Shown here in pieces: positions 10,368 to 18,540 of a stretch of 64,000 nucleotides of DNA. Location: positions 90,523 to 154,522 of the forward strand of contig JAFGQU010000013.1 in assembly GCA_016935525.1 (NCBI GenBank), given 5' to 3'. This stretch comes from Candidatus Omnitrophota bacterium (GTDB taxonomy: Bacteria; Omnitrophota; Gorgyraeia; Duberdicusellales; 4484-171). A model generated the notes under the pieces. That model did no database searches. It saw only the letters and a list, made by a program, of their open reading frames with translations, and had not been told where the DNA came from. Both the position numbers and the translations under genes were made by a program. How positions within the stretch are numbered: the first letter of the stretch is position 1; each line of letters begins with the position of its first letter.

Positions 10368-11175
10368 AGTCGCTAAGATATCACTTATCATCGGGTTTAT
10401 TATCATCGCGGCGCTTGTGTTGTACACTTCTTTCCGTACGACAAAAGACGCCATCGGTAACGCGCCGACACTTGCCGTTATCCCGGATGCCGCGTCGGGA
10501 TATCCTCGGCCTTATTGCGCGTTGATCTTTGATGATCTTGGCACAAGTATCGAAGAAATAAAATCTCTGTATGATCTGGATATTCCCCTTACGATCTCGG
10601 TGTTTCCGGAAGAGCGGTTTTCTAAGAACGTAGCGTATATCGGACAACGGTGCGGGTTTAGCGTGCTTATTCATCTGCCGTTAGAACCAAAAACCGAGAT
10701 AGAAAGCTACAGAAAAGTAAAAAAAGATTTTATCGGGACTCATCACGGCCGTCAGGGAAACGAACGGTTACTGCGGAAATACCTGAATTCGATACGTATC
10801 GCGATGGGAGTAAATAATCATATGGGTTCAAAAGCGACCGAAAACCCTAAAATAATGAGGTTAGTGTTAAGCCATATGAAACGGGACAACCTGGTGTTTG
10901 TCGATAGCCTGACTTCTCTCGATTCGATAGCCTGCGAAGTCGCCGCGCAGGTCGGTGTGCGCTGCCGCCGAAACGACGGATTTCTTGACGCGGTCGATGA
11001 TACGGAAGTGATTAAAGAGAAAATAGTGAAACTCATCGCGCTTGCCCGGGAAAAGGGGAAAATAATCGTCATCGCGCATCCTCGTGCGAATACCCTGACC
11101 GTATTAGAAGAACTCATGCCGGCCTTAAAAGAACAGTTACAGTTCGTTACCCTTAAAGATTATCTGGAATTATGA
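10360..11175 (+). CDS. divergent polysaccharide deacetylase (YibQ/DUF610 family), N-terminal TM anchor
   Basis: 271 aa. ALIFDDLG, IHLPLEP and GVNNHMGS are characteristic of the YibQ-like divergent polysaccharide deacetylase family. Confidence 0.7.
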   Translation: MGKVAKISLIIGFIIIAALVLYTSFRTTKDAIGNAPTLAVIPDAASGYPRPYCALIFDDLGTSIEEIKSLYDLDIPLTISVFPEERFSKNVAYIGQRCGFSVLIHLPLEPKTEIESYRKVKKDFIGTHHGRQGNERLLRKYLNSIRIAMGVNNHMGSKATENPKIMRLVLSHMKRDNLVFVDSLTSLDSIACEVAAQVGVRCRRNDGFLDAVDDTEVIKEKIVKLIALAREKGKIIVIAHPRANTLTVLEELMPALKEQLQFVTLKDYLEL

Positions 11176-11747
11176 AAAAAGTGTTACTGCATATATGCTG
11201 TGGTGTATGTGCCGCGGGTGCGGCGCACCGTCTGCACGAAGAAGGATTCGGTGTGGCCGGATTTTATTTTAACCCGAATATCCATCCCCGGGATGAATAC
11301 GAAAAACGTAAAGAAAACCTGAAACATATCCGGGCCGCGTTTGATATTGAGGTGATCGAAGGCGAATACGCTCCGCGAAAATGGTTTGATGTGTGCCGGG
11401 GATTTGCTGATGAGCCGGAACGAGGCACACGTTGCCAGCTCTGTTATCGTCTGCGGCTTCAGGAGACGTACCGGGTGAGTAAAGAAAAAAAGTTCGACTA
11501 TTTTACGACTACCCTTACGATAAGCCCGCATAAAGAAAGCAGTGTTGTTTTTGAAATAGCAAAATCCGTCGGCGGGGAAGCATTTTTGCCTGTCGATTTT
11601 AAAAAGAAAGACGGATTCAAAATAGCAAATCAGTTCGCCAAAGAACATGATCTTTACCGGCAGGATTATTGCGGGTGCGTATATAGTCTTTTAAAACGAA
11701 GGAGTCACATAGTCATCCCGTGGAATTCGCAGAATTCCCGGGACTGA
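11172..11747 (+). CDS. queH: epoxyqueuosine reductase QueH (DUF208)
   Basis: 191 aa. LLHICCGVCAAG, the conserved Cys residues (CQLCY ... CGC) and an overall architecture match QueH. Confidence 0.8.
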   Translation: MKKVLLHICCGVCAAGAAHRLHEEGFGVAGFYFNPNIHPRDEYEKRKENLKHIRAAFDIEVIEGEYAPRKWFDVCRGFADEPERGTRCQLCYRLRLQETYRVSKEKKFDYFTTTLTISPHKESSVVFEIAKSVGGEAFLPVDFKKKDGFKIANQFAKEHDLYRQDYCGCVYSLLKRRSHIVIPWNSQNSRD

Positions 11748-11753
11748 ATCCCC

Positions 11754-11776
11754 GAAATTTATCAGTGATAAATTTC
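11754..11776. promoter_or_regulatory. perfect 23-bp palindrome GAAATTTATCAgTGATAAATTTC
   Basis: 11-bp perfect arms around a central g, immediately 3' of queH. A 7-bp-arm palindrome ggaattcGCAgaattcc also lies at 11722-11738 inside the queH 3' end. Confidence 0.7.
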
Positions 11777-11786
11777 AAGGGGTAAG

Positions 11787-11946
11787 GTCACATAGTCACA
11801 ATGTATAGGTCGCATAGACACATAGTCACAAGGTCACACGTGAAGGAAACAGGGGTTTTTCATGTGACATGTGACGTGCAACGTGTGACAAAACTGCTGT
11901 GCAGATTTTCGTGTGACGTGTGTCGTGTGACGTGTGTCGTGTGACC
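11787..11946. repeat. GTCACA / TGTGAC degenerate repeat arrays arranged as an inverted repeat
   Basis: The left part reads gtcacatagtcaca ... gtcacaaggtcacacgtg. The right part reads catgtgacatgtgacgtg ... cgtgtgacgtgtgtcgtgtgacgtgtgtcgtgtgacc. It is the same family as 5239-5331. Confidence 0.8.
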
Positions 11947-12861
11947 ATGCGTTATTATTCATACAATCGGTATTTGCGGGAGAAGTTCGGCGAAAGGGTG
12001 CATCGGATAAGCCTTGATGCCGGGTTTAGTTGCCCTAATATCGACGGTACTTTGAGCGATACCGGGTGTATTTACTGTAATAACTCCGCGTTCAGCCATT
12101 TCACAAAGGAGAAAAAGGATATCCGTACCCAGATCAAAGAATCGATCCGGTTTTATGGACAGAAGATGAACGTAAAGAGATTTATCGCCTATTTCCAGGC
12201 GTTCTCCAGTACCTATGCCGATATTGATAGATTAAAGGAAACATATGATATCATCAAAGAGTTTCCCCAGATCGTGGGGCTGTCGATATCTACCCGGCCG
12301 GATTGTGTTGATGAAGAAAAGATAGCGATGATTGCCGATTATGCCAAAGAGTATCTGGTCTGGATGGAATACGGCCTCCAGACTACGCACAACCGGATGT
12401 TGGAGATGATCAACCGTAAACACAGTTACGAAGACTTTTTAAGCGCTTTTACGATTACAAAAAAATATGATATTTCTGTGGGGGTGCATATGATCATCGG
12501 CCTTCCCGGACACACAAGAGCCGATATGCTCGGCGATGCCGAACGTATCGCGAGTGTAGGGGTAGACGGTATAAAATTCCATGTACTTCATGTCTTAAAG
12601 AATACGGCGCTGGAGAAATGGTATCAGGAAGGGGAAGTATCGTTACTTACCAGAGATGCGTATGTCGGTATGGTATGTGATTATGTAGAGAGGTTACCGA
12701 AAGAGACAGTGATTTTAAGATTGGTTTCGACCGCAGATAAAGAATGTCTTATCGCTCCCGATTGGATCAATGACCGTACATCAGTCATGAACGCTATCAA
12801 TGAAGAGCTTGACCGAAGAGGAAGCTATCAGGGAGCGAAATGCGTAACGCGTAACGCGTAA
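11947..12861 (+). CDS. TIGR01212-family radical SAM protein (YhcC-like)
   Basis: SCPNIDGTLSDTGCIYC is a Cx9-ish CxxC variant typical of the TIGR01212 family. It has an elongator/HemN-like fold. Start chosen at ATG 11947, just after the repeat. Confidence 0.7.
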   Translation: MRYYSYNRYLREKFGERVHRISLDAGFSCPNIDGTLSDTGCIYCNNSAFSHFTKEKKDIRTQIKESIRFYGQKMNVKRFIAYFQAFSSTYADIDRLKETYDIIKEFPQIVGLSISTRPDCVDEEKIAMIADYAKEYLVWMEYGLQTTHNRMLEMINRKHSYEDFLSAFTITKKYDISVGVHMIIGLPGHTRADMLGDAERIASVGVDGIKFHVLHVLKNTALEKWYQEGEVSLLTRDAYVGMVCDYVERLPKETVILRLVSTADKECLIAPDWINDRTSVMNAINEELDRRGSYQGAKCVTRNA

Positions 12862-12876
12862 CGTGTCATGCGTTTA
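12842..12876. repeat. cgtaacgcg tandem repeat, left flank of dtd
   Basis: gcgtaacgcgtaacgcgtaacgtgtcatgcgtt overlaps the last codons of the TIGR01212 gene. Confidence 0.7.
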
Positions 12877-13002
12877 AAATGATAATGATCAATGCAAATT
12901 TAGCAGTTAACAATTAGCAATGTAACACAGGGTATCCTTATTGTATTTATTCTCTTCATTGTTAAATGATAATTGCTAATTGAGAATTGATAATTTTCGT
13001 AT

Positions 13003-13443
13003 ATGAAAGTTTTAGTGATACGAGTCCATAGAGGAGAATTGAAGGCCGAAGGGAAAGTTTTTTCCACGATCGGTCCGGGGATCTCGGTATTTGTGGGATT
13101 AGAAAAAGAAGATACCCGGGAAGGCCTTATTACGATGGCGGAAAAAGTAGTTGCGTTAAGGATCTTTGAAGATGAGCGCGGTAAAATGAATTTTTCGGTA
13201 AAGGACAAAAAGTATGATATCCTGTGTATTCCCAATTTTACGTTATGCGCCGATACCGAAGGCGGCCGCCGGCCGTCTTTTGATAACGCGATGAAGCCCC
13301 AAGGAGCAAAAAACATGTATGATGAGTTTGTGGAATTACTCAAATCGTATACAATAGAGGTAAAGACCGGAATATTCGGCGCGCATATGGATATTCAGTT
13401 AGATCTGGACGGCCCGGTCAACATCATTTTGCAGGCAAAATGA
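13003..13443 (+). CDS. dtd: D-aminoacyl-tRNA deacylase
   Basis: 146 aa. MKVLVIRV ... GPGISVFVGL ... GKMNFSV ... ILCIPNFTL ... RPSF ... GIFGAHMDIQLDLDGPV matches Dtd along its full length, including the SQFTL-like and GP motifs. Confidence 0.85.
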   Translation: MKVLVIRVHRGELKAEGKVFSTIGPGISVFVGLEKEDTREGLITMAEKVVALRIFEDERGKMNFSVKDKKYDILCIPNFTLCADTEGGRRPSFDNAMKPQGAKNMYDEFVELLKSYTIEVKTGIFGAHMDIQLDLDGPVNIILQAK

Positions 13444-13445
13444 TG

Positions 13446-13516
13446 TCGTAACGCGTAATGCGTTCTGCGTAAGATAGAGAGCAAAATTCGCGTTACGCGT
13501 GTCGCGTTTCGCGGTA
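13446..13516. repeat. cgtaacgcg inverted repeat, right flank of dtd
   Basis: cgtaacgcgtaatgcgttctgcgt ... cgcgttacgcgtgtcgcgtttcgcgg. Same motif family as 12842-12876. Confidence 0.7.
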
Positions 13517-13518
13517 CG

Positions 13519-14283
13519 GTGAAAACTATGTGTCCGATATTATTTAACATAGGTTTATTTACGATATACACTTACGGGGTATTGGTGTTTATGGGGGTAA
13601 TGGCCGGATACCTTTTCGCGATGCGTGAGGCGAAAAGGTGCCGGTTAGATACCAAGCTTTTTTCCGATATCTTGTTCTGGTCGATCATCGGCGCGTTTAT
13701 CGGCGCTCGGGTTTTATATCTGATAGTCGAATGGGACATGTTTCTCGAAGAACCGGCCGCGATGCTTCTGGGCCGGGCCGGATTTGTATTTTACGGGGGA
13801 GTGATCGGGGGATTAGCGGTGTTATATCTCCTTACCCGAAAATATCGGGTAAATTTTCTGGAACATGTAGATATCATCGCGTTGACTATTCCGTTAGGCC
13901 ATTTCTTCGGCCGGTTAGGATGTTTTTTTTACGGCTGTTGTTACGGCCGGCATACCGATTCCTGGATCGGGATCGAGTTTCCGCATGGTTCGCCGGCCGG
14001 GATGATCGGCGGGAAAGTCATTCCGACTCAATTGATCTCCGCCTTTTTCCTGCTGATGATCTTTTTTCTCCTGCTTTTTATCCGCCGCCGTCAGCGGTTC
14101 CAAGGGCAGATTTTGCTTTCTTATTTCATCCTTTACGGGATATTCCGGTTTATTATCGAATTCTTCCGCGGCGACCCGCGGGGATTTTGGGGGATCTTTT
14201 CTACCTCACAGGTCATAGCTCTTCTTTTAATCATCTCCGGTATCATCGGATGGAGCCGTTTAGCGCGGCCCTCTCGGCGTTGA
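13519..14283 (+). CDS. lgt: prolipoprotein diacylglyceryl transferase
   Basis: 254 aa polytopic membrane protein. The Lgt signature region is GHFFGRLGCFFYGCCYG, and the overall Lgt-like helix pattern and conserved H/R/Y residues are present. Confidence 0.85.
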   Translation: MKTMCPILFNIGLFTIYTYGVLVFMGVMAGYLFAMREAKRCRLDTKLFSDILFWSIIGAFIGARVLYLIVEWDMFLEEPAAMLLGRAGFVFYGGVIGGLAVLYLLTRKYRVNFLEHVDIIALTIPLGHFFGRLGCFFYGCCYGRHTDSWIGIEFPHGSPAGMIGGKVIPTQLISAFFLLMIFFLLLFIRRRQRFQGQILLSYFILYGIFRFIIEFFRGDPRGFWGIFSTSQVIALLLIISGIIGWSRLARPSRR

Positions 14284-14347
14284 TATATCAGAAAAACCCT
14301 TGCAAATCAAAAAAATATTTATTAATATAAAATGAAAAATTTATATA

Positions 14348-14382
14348 GGGATTGCGGTGATTATAGCGGGATTGCGGCGATT
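14348..14382. repeat. direct repeat gggattgcgg(t/c)gatt x2 (GATT-N5-GATT motif) in the nspC promoter region
   Basis: Two 15-nt copies separated by 5 nt, ending 16 nt before the nspC start. Confidence 0.7.
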
Positions 14383-14397
14383 TTTTAAAGGTTAATT

Positions 14398-15501
14398 ATG
14401 AAGTTAAAAACACCCTATTATTTGATTGACGAGAAAAAACTGTTAAAAAACCTTAAGATCATCAAATATATCCGTGATTACTGCGGGGCAAAGTCAGTTC
14501 TGGCCCTCAAATGTTTCTCAACTTGGGGTGTTTTTAAACTGATGAAGAAATATATGGATGGGACTACAGCCAGTTCACCGTATGAGGCCCGTTTAGGATA
14601 TGAGAAATTCGGCAAGGAAGTTCATGCCTATTCAGTCGGCTACTCAAAGGAGGACATAAAGGAAGTCGGCAAGATCGCCGACACGGTTATTTTTAACTCG
14701 GTATCGCAGTTAAAAACTTTTTATTCTTCTGTCCGTACCTGTAAGGTGGGGCTACGAATAAATCCTCGAGTAAGTTATTCCCACTTTGATCTTGCTGATC
14801 CGGCCCGGAGATATTCACGATTAGGGGTGGTAGATAAAAACTCTCTTTCAAAAGTGATGCATTTGATCAGCGGGGTCATGTTTCACTTTAACTGTGAGAA
14901 CGATGATCTCAAAACATTTTCCAAACATCTGGATTACATCACTGAACAATATGAGAGTATTCTTAAACGGTTAGAATGGGTAAGCCTTGGCGGAGGGCTC
15001 TATTTTACGAAAGCAGACTATCCGGTCAAAAAGTTCTGCAGGAAATTGAAAGAATTCAGCGATCGATTTAAACTGCAAATCTATTTAGAGCCGGGGGAAA
15101 GTGCGATTACTCAGTCAGCCGAGCTGGTAACGACGGTGCTTGATATTGTTAAGAATCAGATCGATATCGCTATTGTCGACGCTTCAACTGAGGCCCATAT
15201 GCTTGATCTTTTGATCTATCGTAGCCAGGCGAAAATAAGAGAGGCAGGAGGCGGTAAATACCGATATATGATCGCCGGGAGGTCCTGTTTAGCCGGTGAT
15301 ATTTTCGGGACATATCGGTTTCCCTCGAAGTTAAAAACAGGCAGTATTATCAGGTTTTCCGATGCTGCGGGATATACGATGGTAAAGAAAAATTGGTTTA
15401 ACGGTTTAAAAATGCCGGCAATTGTGGTAAAAAGATTGAATGGAAAGATTGATGTGGTCCGTAAGTTCGAGTATAAAGATTTCATGACGAATCTATCTTA
15501 A
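14398..15501 (+). CDS. nspC: carboxynorspermidine/carboxyspermidine decarboxylase
   Basis: 367 aa. The N-terminus TPYYLIDEKKLLKNLKIIKYIRDYCGAKSVLALKCF is characteristic of CANSDC (PLP-dependent, alanine racemase fold). It is paired with a CANSDH gene downstream. Confidence 0.85.
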   Translation: MKLKTPYYLIDEKKLLKNLKIIKYIRDYCGAKSVLALKCFSTWGVFKLMKKYMDGTTASSPYEARLGYEKFGKEVHAYSVGYSKEDIKEVGKIADTVIFNSVSQLKTFYSSVRTCKVGLRINPRVSYSHFDLADPARRYSRLGVVDKNSLSKVMHLISGVMFHFNCENDDLKTFSKHLDYITEQYESILKRLEWVSLGGGLYFTKADYPVKKFCRKLKEFSDRFKLQIYLEPGESAITQSAELVTTVLDIVKNQIDIAIVDASTEAHMLDLLIYRSQAKIREAGGGKYRYMIAGRSCLAGDIFGTYRFPSKLKTGSIIRFSDAAGYTMVKKNWFNGLKMPAIVVKRLNGKIDVVRKFEYKDFMTNLS

Positions 15502-15520
15502 GAAGAAAAGGGGGGTAGCT

Positions 15521-16789
15521 ATGAGAAAAAACGTGTTGATCGTCGGAGCCGGAGGGGTTGCTCATGTGGCTGCCCATAAATGCGTGCAAAACAATGACGT
15601 GCTGGGCGATATCTGTATCGCATCGCGGACGCAAAGTAAATGTGATAAGATCATCGAAAGCGTAAAAAAGAAAAAAAGCCTGAAAGATCCCTCAAAAAAG
15701 ATATATTCCCGTCAGATCAACGCATTGGATATCCCCGCTACGGTAAAGCTTATCCGGGATACCGGTTCACAGATCGTGATCAACCTTGCTCAGGCTTATG
15801 TGAATATGTCGTTACTCGAAGCCTGTATGAAAAGCGGGGCTGCCTATATAGATACCGCGATACATGAAGAACCGCATAAAGTCTGTGAAGATCCGCCTTG
15901 GTACGGTAATTATGAATGGAAACGTAAAGATAAATGTAAAGAAACCGGTACTACCGCTATTTTAGGAGCCGGGTTCGATCCCGGGGTAGTCAACGCCTAC
16001 GCGGCGCTTGCGGTGAAACATCATTTCGATACGATCGATACGATCGATATCCTGGATGTAAACGCCGGTAATCACGGCAGATATTTTTCGACGAATTTCG
16101 ACCCGGAAATAAATTTCCGCGAATTCAAAAAAGTATGGACCTGGATCGACCGCAGATGGGTGATGGAGAAAGTCCATTCGATAAAGATGATCTATGATTT
16201 CCCGGTCGTCGGTGAACAACCGGTCTATTTGAACGGCCATGACGAACTCCATTCGTTATCGAAAAATATCGACGCCAATACTATCCGGTTCTGGATGGGG
16301 TTCAGCGATCATTATATCAATGTGTTCACGGTCCTGACTAAACTTGGGCTGACTTCAGAAAAACCGGTCCGGACCGCCGAAGGAGTCGAAGTCGTACCGT
16401 TAAAGGTATTGAAAGCGATCCTGCCCGATCCCTTATCGCTTGCGCCTGACTATACCGGAAAGACCTGTATCGGAGATTACGTGCGCGGCGAGAAGAACGG
16501 AGAAAAAAGGGAGATATTTATTTATAATACCTGCGATCACGCGGAGTGTTATAAAAAAGTAGAGTCCCAGGCAATCTGTTATACTGCCGGAGTACCGCCG
16601 GTTGCCGCCGCGATGCTTATTGCCAAAGATATCTGGGACGTAAGGACGATGGTGAATGTCGAAGAACTCGATCCCGATCCTTTTATCGAGTTGCTTGATA
16701 AAATAGGGTTACCAACTCAAATCGATGAAAGTCCGAAACCTCTACCGTCACAGGTAGCCGATCATCTGAAAGGGGTGGAATCAATATAA
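15521..16789 (+). CDS. carboxynorspermidine synthase/dehydrogenase (saccharopine dehydrogenase family)
   Basis: 422 aa with an N-terminal Rossmann motif VLIVGAGGVAHVAA. It has the length and layout of CANSDH and is a neighbour of nspC. Confidence 0.8.
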   Translation: MRKNVLIVGAGGVAHVAAHKCVQNNDVLGDICIASRTQSKCDKIIESVKKKKSLKDPSKKIYSRQINALDIPATVKLIRDTGSQIVINLAQAYVNMSLLEACMKSGAAYIDTAIHEEPHKVCEDPPWYGNYEWKRKDKCKETGTTAILGAGFDPGVVNAYAALAVKHHFDTIDTIDILDVNAGNHGRYFSTNFDPEINFREFKKVWTWIDRRWVMEKVHSIKMIYDFPVVGEQPVYLNGHDELHSLSKNIDANTIRFWMGFSDHYINVFTVLTKLGLTSEKPVRTAEGVEVVPLKVLKAILPDPLSLAPDYTGKTCIGDYVRGEKNGEKREIFIYNTCDHAECYKKVESQAICYTAGVPPVAAAMLIAKDIWDVRTMVNVEELDPDPFIELLDKIGLPTQIDESPKPLPSQVADHLKGVESI

Positions 16790-16791
16790 AA

Positions 16792-16823
16792 GTCACACGA
16801 CACAAAGTCACATAGTCACACGT
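16792..16823. repeat. GTCACA degenerate tandem repeat
   Basis: agtcacacgacacaaagtcacatagtcacacgt lies immediately 3' of the CANSDH stop. Confidence 0.75.
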
Positions 16824-16880
16824 TGTCTCGAAAGATATTAGAGATGATCACTGTGTATAATCTTCAATCAAATTCAGAAT

Positions 16881-16946
16881 AATCACCGTAATCGATGCCG
16901 CAGGCGTAATCACTGTAATCAGGGGCTATTGTACCCCGCAATAGCT
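16881..16946. repeat. AATCACCGTAATC-type repeats plus a hairpin
   Basis: aatcaccgtaatc ... gtaatcactgtaatc is the reverse orientation of the GATT-N5-GATT motif at 14348. The hairpin gctattgtaccccgcaatagc follows. Confidence 0.65.
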
Positions 16947-17095
16947 TCAAATGTGTAAAATTTTCCGAATCTGTAAAATATCCTGACACTTTTTGTGCCT
17001 GTTCTCATATCTGAAAGAATAGGTTTAAGAAATTTTTCCCTCAAAAACCTAAGTTTTAAAAAGGATATTAAATCCTACAGTTTTGGTAGTAATTT

Positions 17096-17116
17096 TTCCG
17101 GCATAAAAATTGCTTA
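17096..17116 (+). promoter_or_regulatory. candidate sigma54 (-24/-12) promoter
   Basis: The sequence cCGGCATaaaaaTTGCTt gives GG at 17100-17101 and GC at 17112-17113 with exactly 10 nt between them. GGCA and TTGCT match the TGGCAC-N5-TTGCW consensus. It lies about 150 nt upstream of the PEP-CTERM gene. The palindromes AGGATattaaATCCT (about 17063), CTTACAtttgagTGTAAG (17113-17130) and GGAAAATTTTCC (about 17130-17141) are nearby. Confidence 0.45.
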
Positions 17117-17261
17117 CATTTGAGTGTAAGGAAAATTTTCCTCATCATTTTTCCCTGCCCGGGATCGATTTCCGAAGAATAGTCTAAGAGAGATGCCTAA
17201 AGAAAAGAGCAAGGGCTTTTTCTTAACGGTGAGGGTCTATATCCATCAGGAGAGGTGGAAG

Positions 17262-18413
17262 ATGAGAAAAGTAGTATTTGGAGTTCTATTTATTTTATTG
17301 TGTTTGGGCATTAATATTGATGTTTTCGCGTTACCCTCATTTAAGATCACCCAGCTTACGGATAATGCAGGATATTTTGATCATGGCCCCTGGATATCGG
17401 GTGATGATGTGGTATGGAAGAGAAGACAAGGAGAAGAGGGGAGTTATCTCTATGAATTATTTTTTTATGACGGTAGCTCTATAATACAATTGGCAGATGT
17501 TTCTACTCATGATTTTGATGCAAGAACTCTAGAAGGTAAGGTCGTCTGGCGAGATTGGGATAGTACCATGCATGATACTGAAATATTTCTTTATGATGGG
17601 ATTATGACTACTCAGATCACCGATAATTCAAATTTTGATATAGATGTTGATATTTCTGGAGACAAAATAGTATGGGAAGGTATTGTTGCTGGGGAGTCGG
17701 AAATATTTTACTATGATGGCTTAACTATTTCACGATTAACAACTAATAGCGTTGACGATGAGTTTCCGAGAATATCCGGAGATACTATTGTATGGTCTCA
17801 TTATGACGGGAATGATTATGAAGTCATTTTTCGTGAAGGTGCCTCTCAGGTTCAACTAACGAATAACAACTACGATGATGAATACGCAGAAATATCCGGG
17901 GACAATATTGTCTGGCATGGCGATGATGGGAATGATCTTGAGATATTTTTATATGATGGGGCAATTACTACGCAACTGACTGATAACGATTATCTTGATT
18001 ATTGGCCGAAAATAGACGGCAATAATGTGGTCTGGCATGGATTTGACGGAAATGATAACGAAATCTTTTATTATGACGGTTCTATTCTTCAGCAGTTGAC
18101 TGACAACGATTATGATGATTGGTATCCTCAGGTTTTTGGAAACAATATCGTCTGGTACGGGTTTGACGGAAATGATAATGAGATCTTTTTTTACGACGGT
18201 ACCGGTATAGTCCAGGTTACCGATAATATCTATGATGACCGGAGTGCCCGCTTATCAGGTATGAATCTTGTATGGTCGGGCTATGATGGAAACGATTATG
18301 AGATATTCCTGGCCAGTCCGGTCCCGGAACCGGCATCGGTTCTGTTATTAGGAGTAGGGTTCATTGGTTTAGGTGCTCATCGCTATCTACGCCGTTTCTT
18401 CAGGATAGATTAA
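17262..18413 (+). CDS. PEP-CTERM sorting-domain protein with eight ~41-aa tandem repeats (putative beta-propeller)
   Basis: A strong RBS AGGAGAGGTGG precedes ATG 17262, followed by a signal peptide. The unit TQLTDNxYDDxxPxISGxNIVWxGxDGNDxEIFxYDG repeats eight times. The C-terminus is PVPEPASVLLLGVGFIGLGAHRYLRRF, i.e. PEP motif, TM helix and RR, the exosortase sorting signal. Confidence 0.8.
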   Translation: MRKVVFGVLFILLCLGINIDVFALPSFKITQLTDNAGYFDHGPWISGDDVVWKRRQGEEGSYLYELFFYDGSSIIQLADVSTHDFDARTLEGKVVWRDWDSTMHDTEIFLYDGIMTTQITDNSNFDIDVDISGDKIVWEGIVAGESEIFYYDGLTISRLTTNSVDDEFPRISGDTIVWSHYDGNDYEVIFREGASQVQLTNNNYDDEYAEISGDNIVWHGDDGNDLEIFLYDGAITTQLTDNDYLDYWPKIDGNNVVWHGFDGNDNEIFYYDGSILQQLTDNDYDDWYPQVFGNNIVWYGFDGNDNEIFFYDGTGIVQVTDNIYDDRSARLSGMNLVWSGYDGNDYEIFLASPVPEPASVLLLGVGFIGLGAHRYLRRFFRID

Positions 18414-18437
18414 TAGCAGTTACCCCGTTCACGCGTT

Positions 18438-18456
18438 GCTTCACCGGAGGTGAAGC
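18438..18456 (+). terminator. stem-loop GCTTCACC-gga-GGTGAAGC followed by CCCGTT/AACGGG repeat hairpins
   Basis: Perfect 8-bp stem located 25 nt after the PEP-CTERM stop. There is no adjacent U-tract, although a T5 run lies about 20 nt downstream. Further cccgttc / aacggg inverted repeats extend to about 18530. Confidence 0.4.
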
Positions 18457-18540
18457 TTCCCGTTCACCCGTTCTTTTTAACGGGCATAACGGGGGGAACG
18501 GGCTAACGGGTTAACCGGACTATTCTTACCGCTATTTTAT

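Noticed and set aside
10289-10525. 78-aa ORF spanning the rpe/yibQ junction
   Set aside because: It overlaps two well-supported genes in a different frame and is Arg/Ser-rich, so it is an artefact.
13638-14330. 230-aa ORF in an alternative frame overlapping lgt
   Set aside because: It is extremely Arg/Pro-rich with low-complexity translation (RRVYRRSGFISDSRMGHVSRRTGRD...). It lies entirely inside a gene with strong Lgt homology, so it is a frame artefact.
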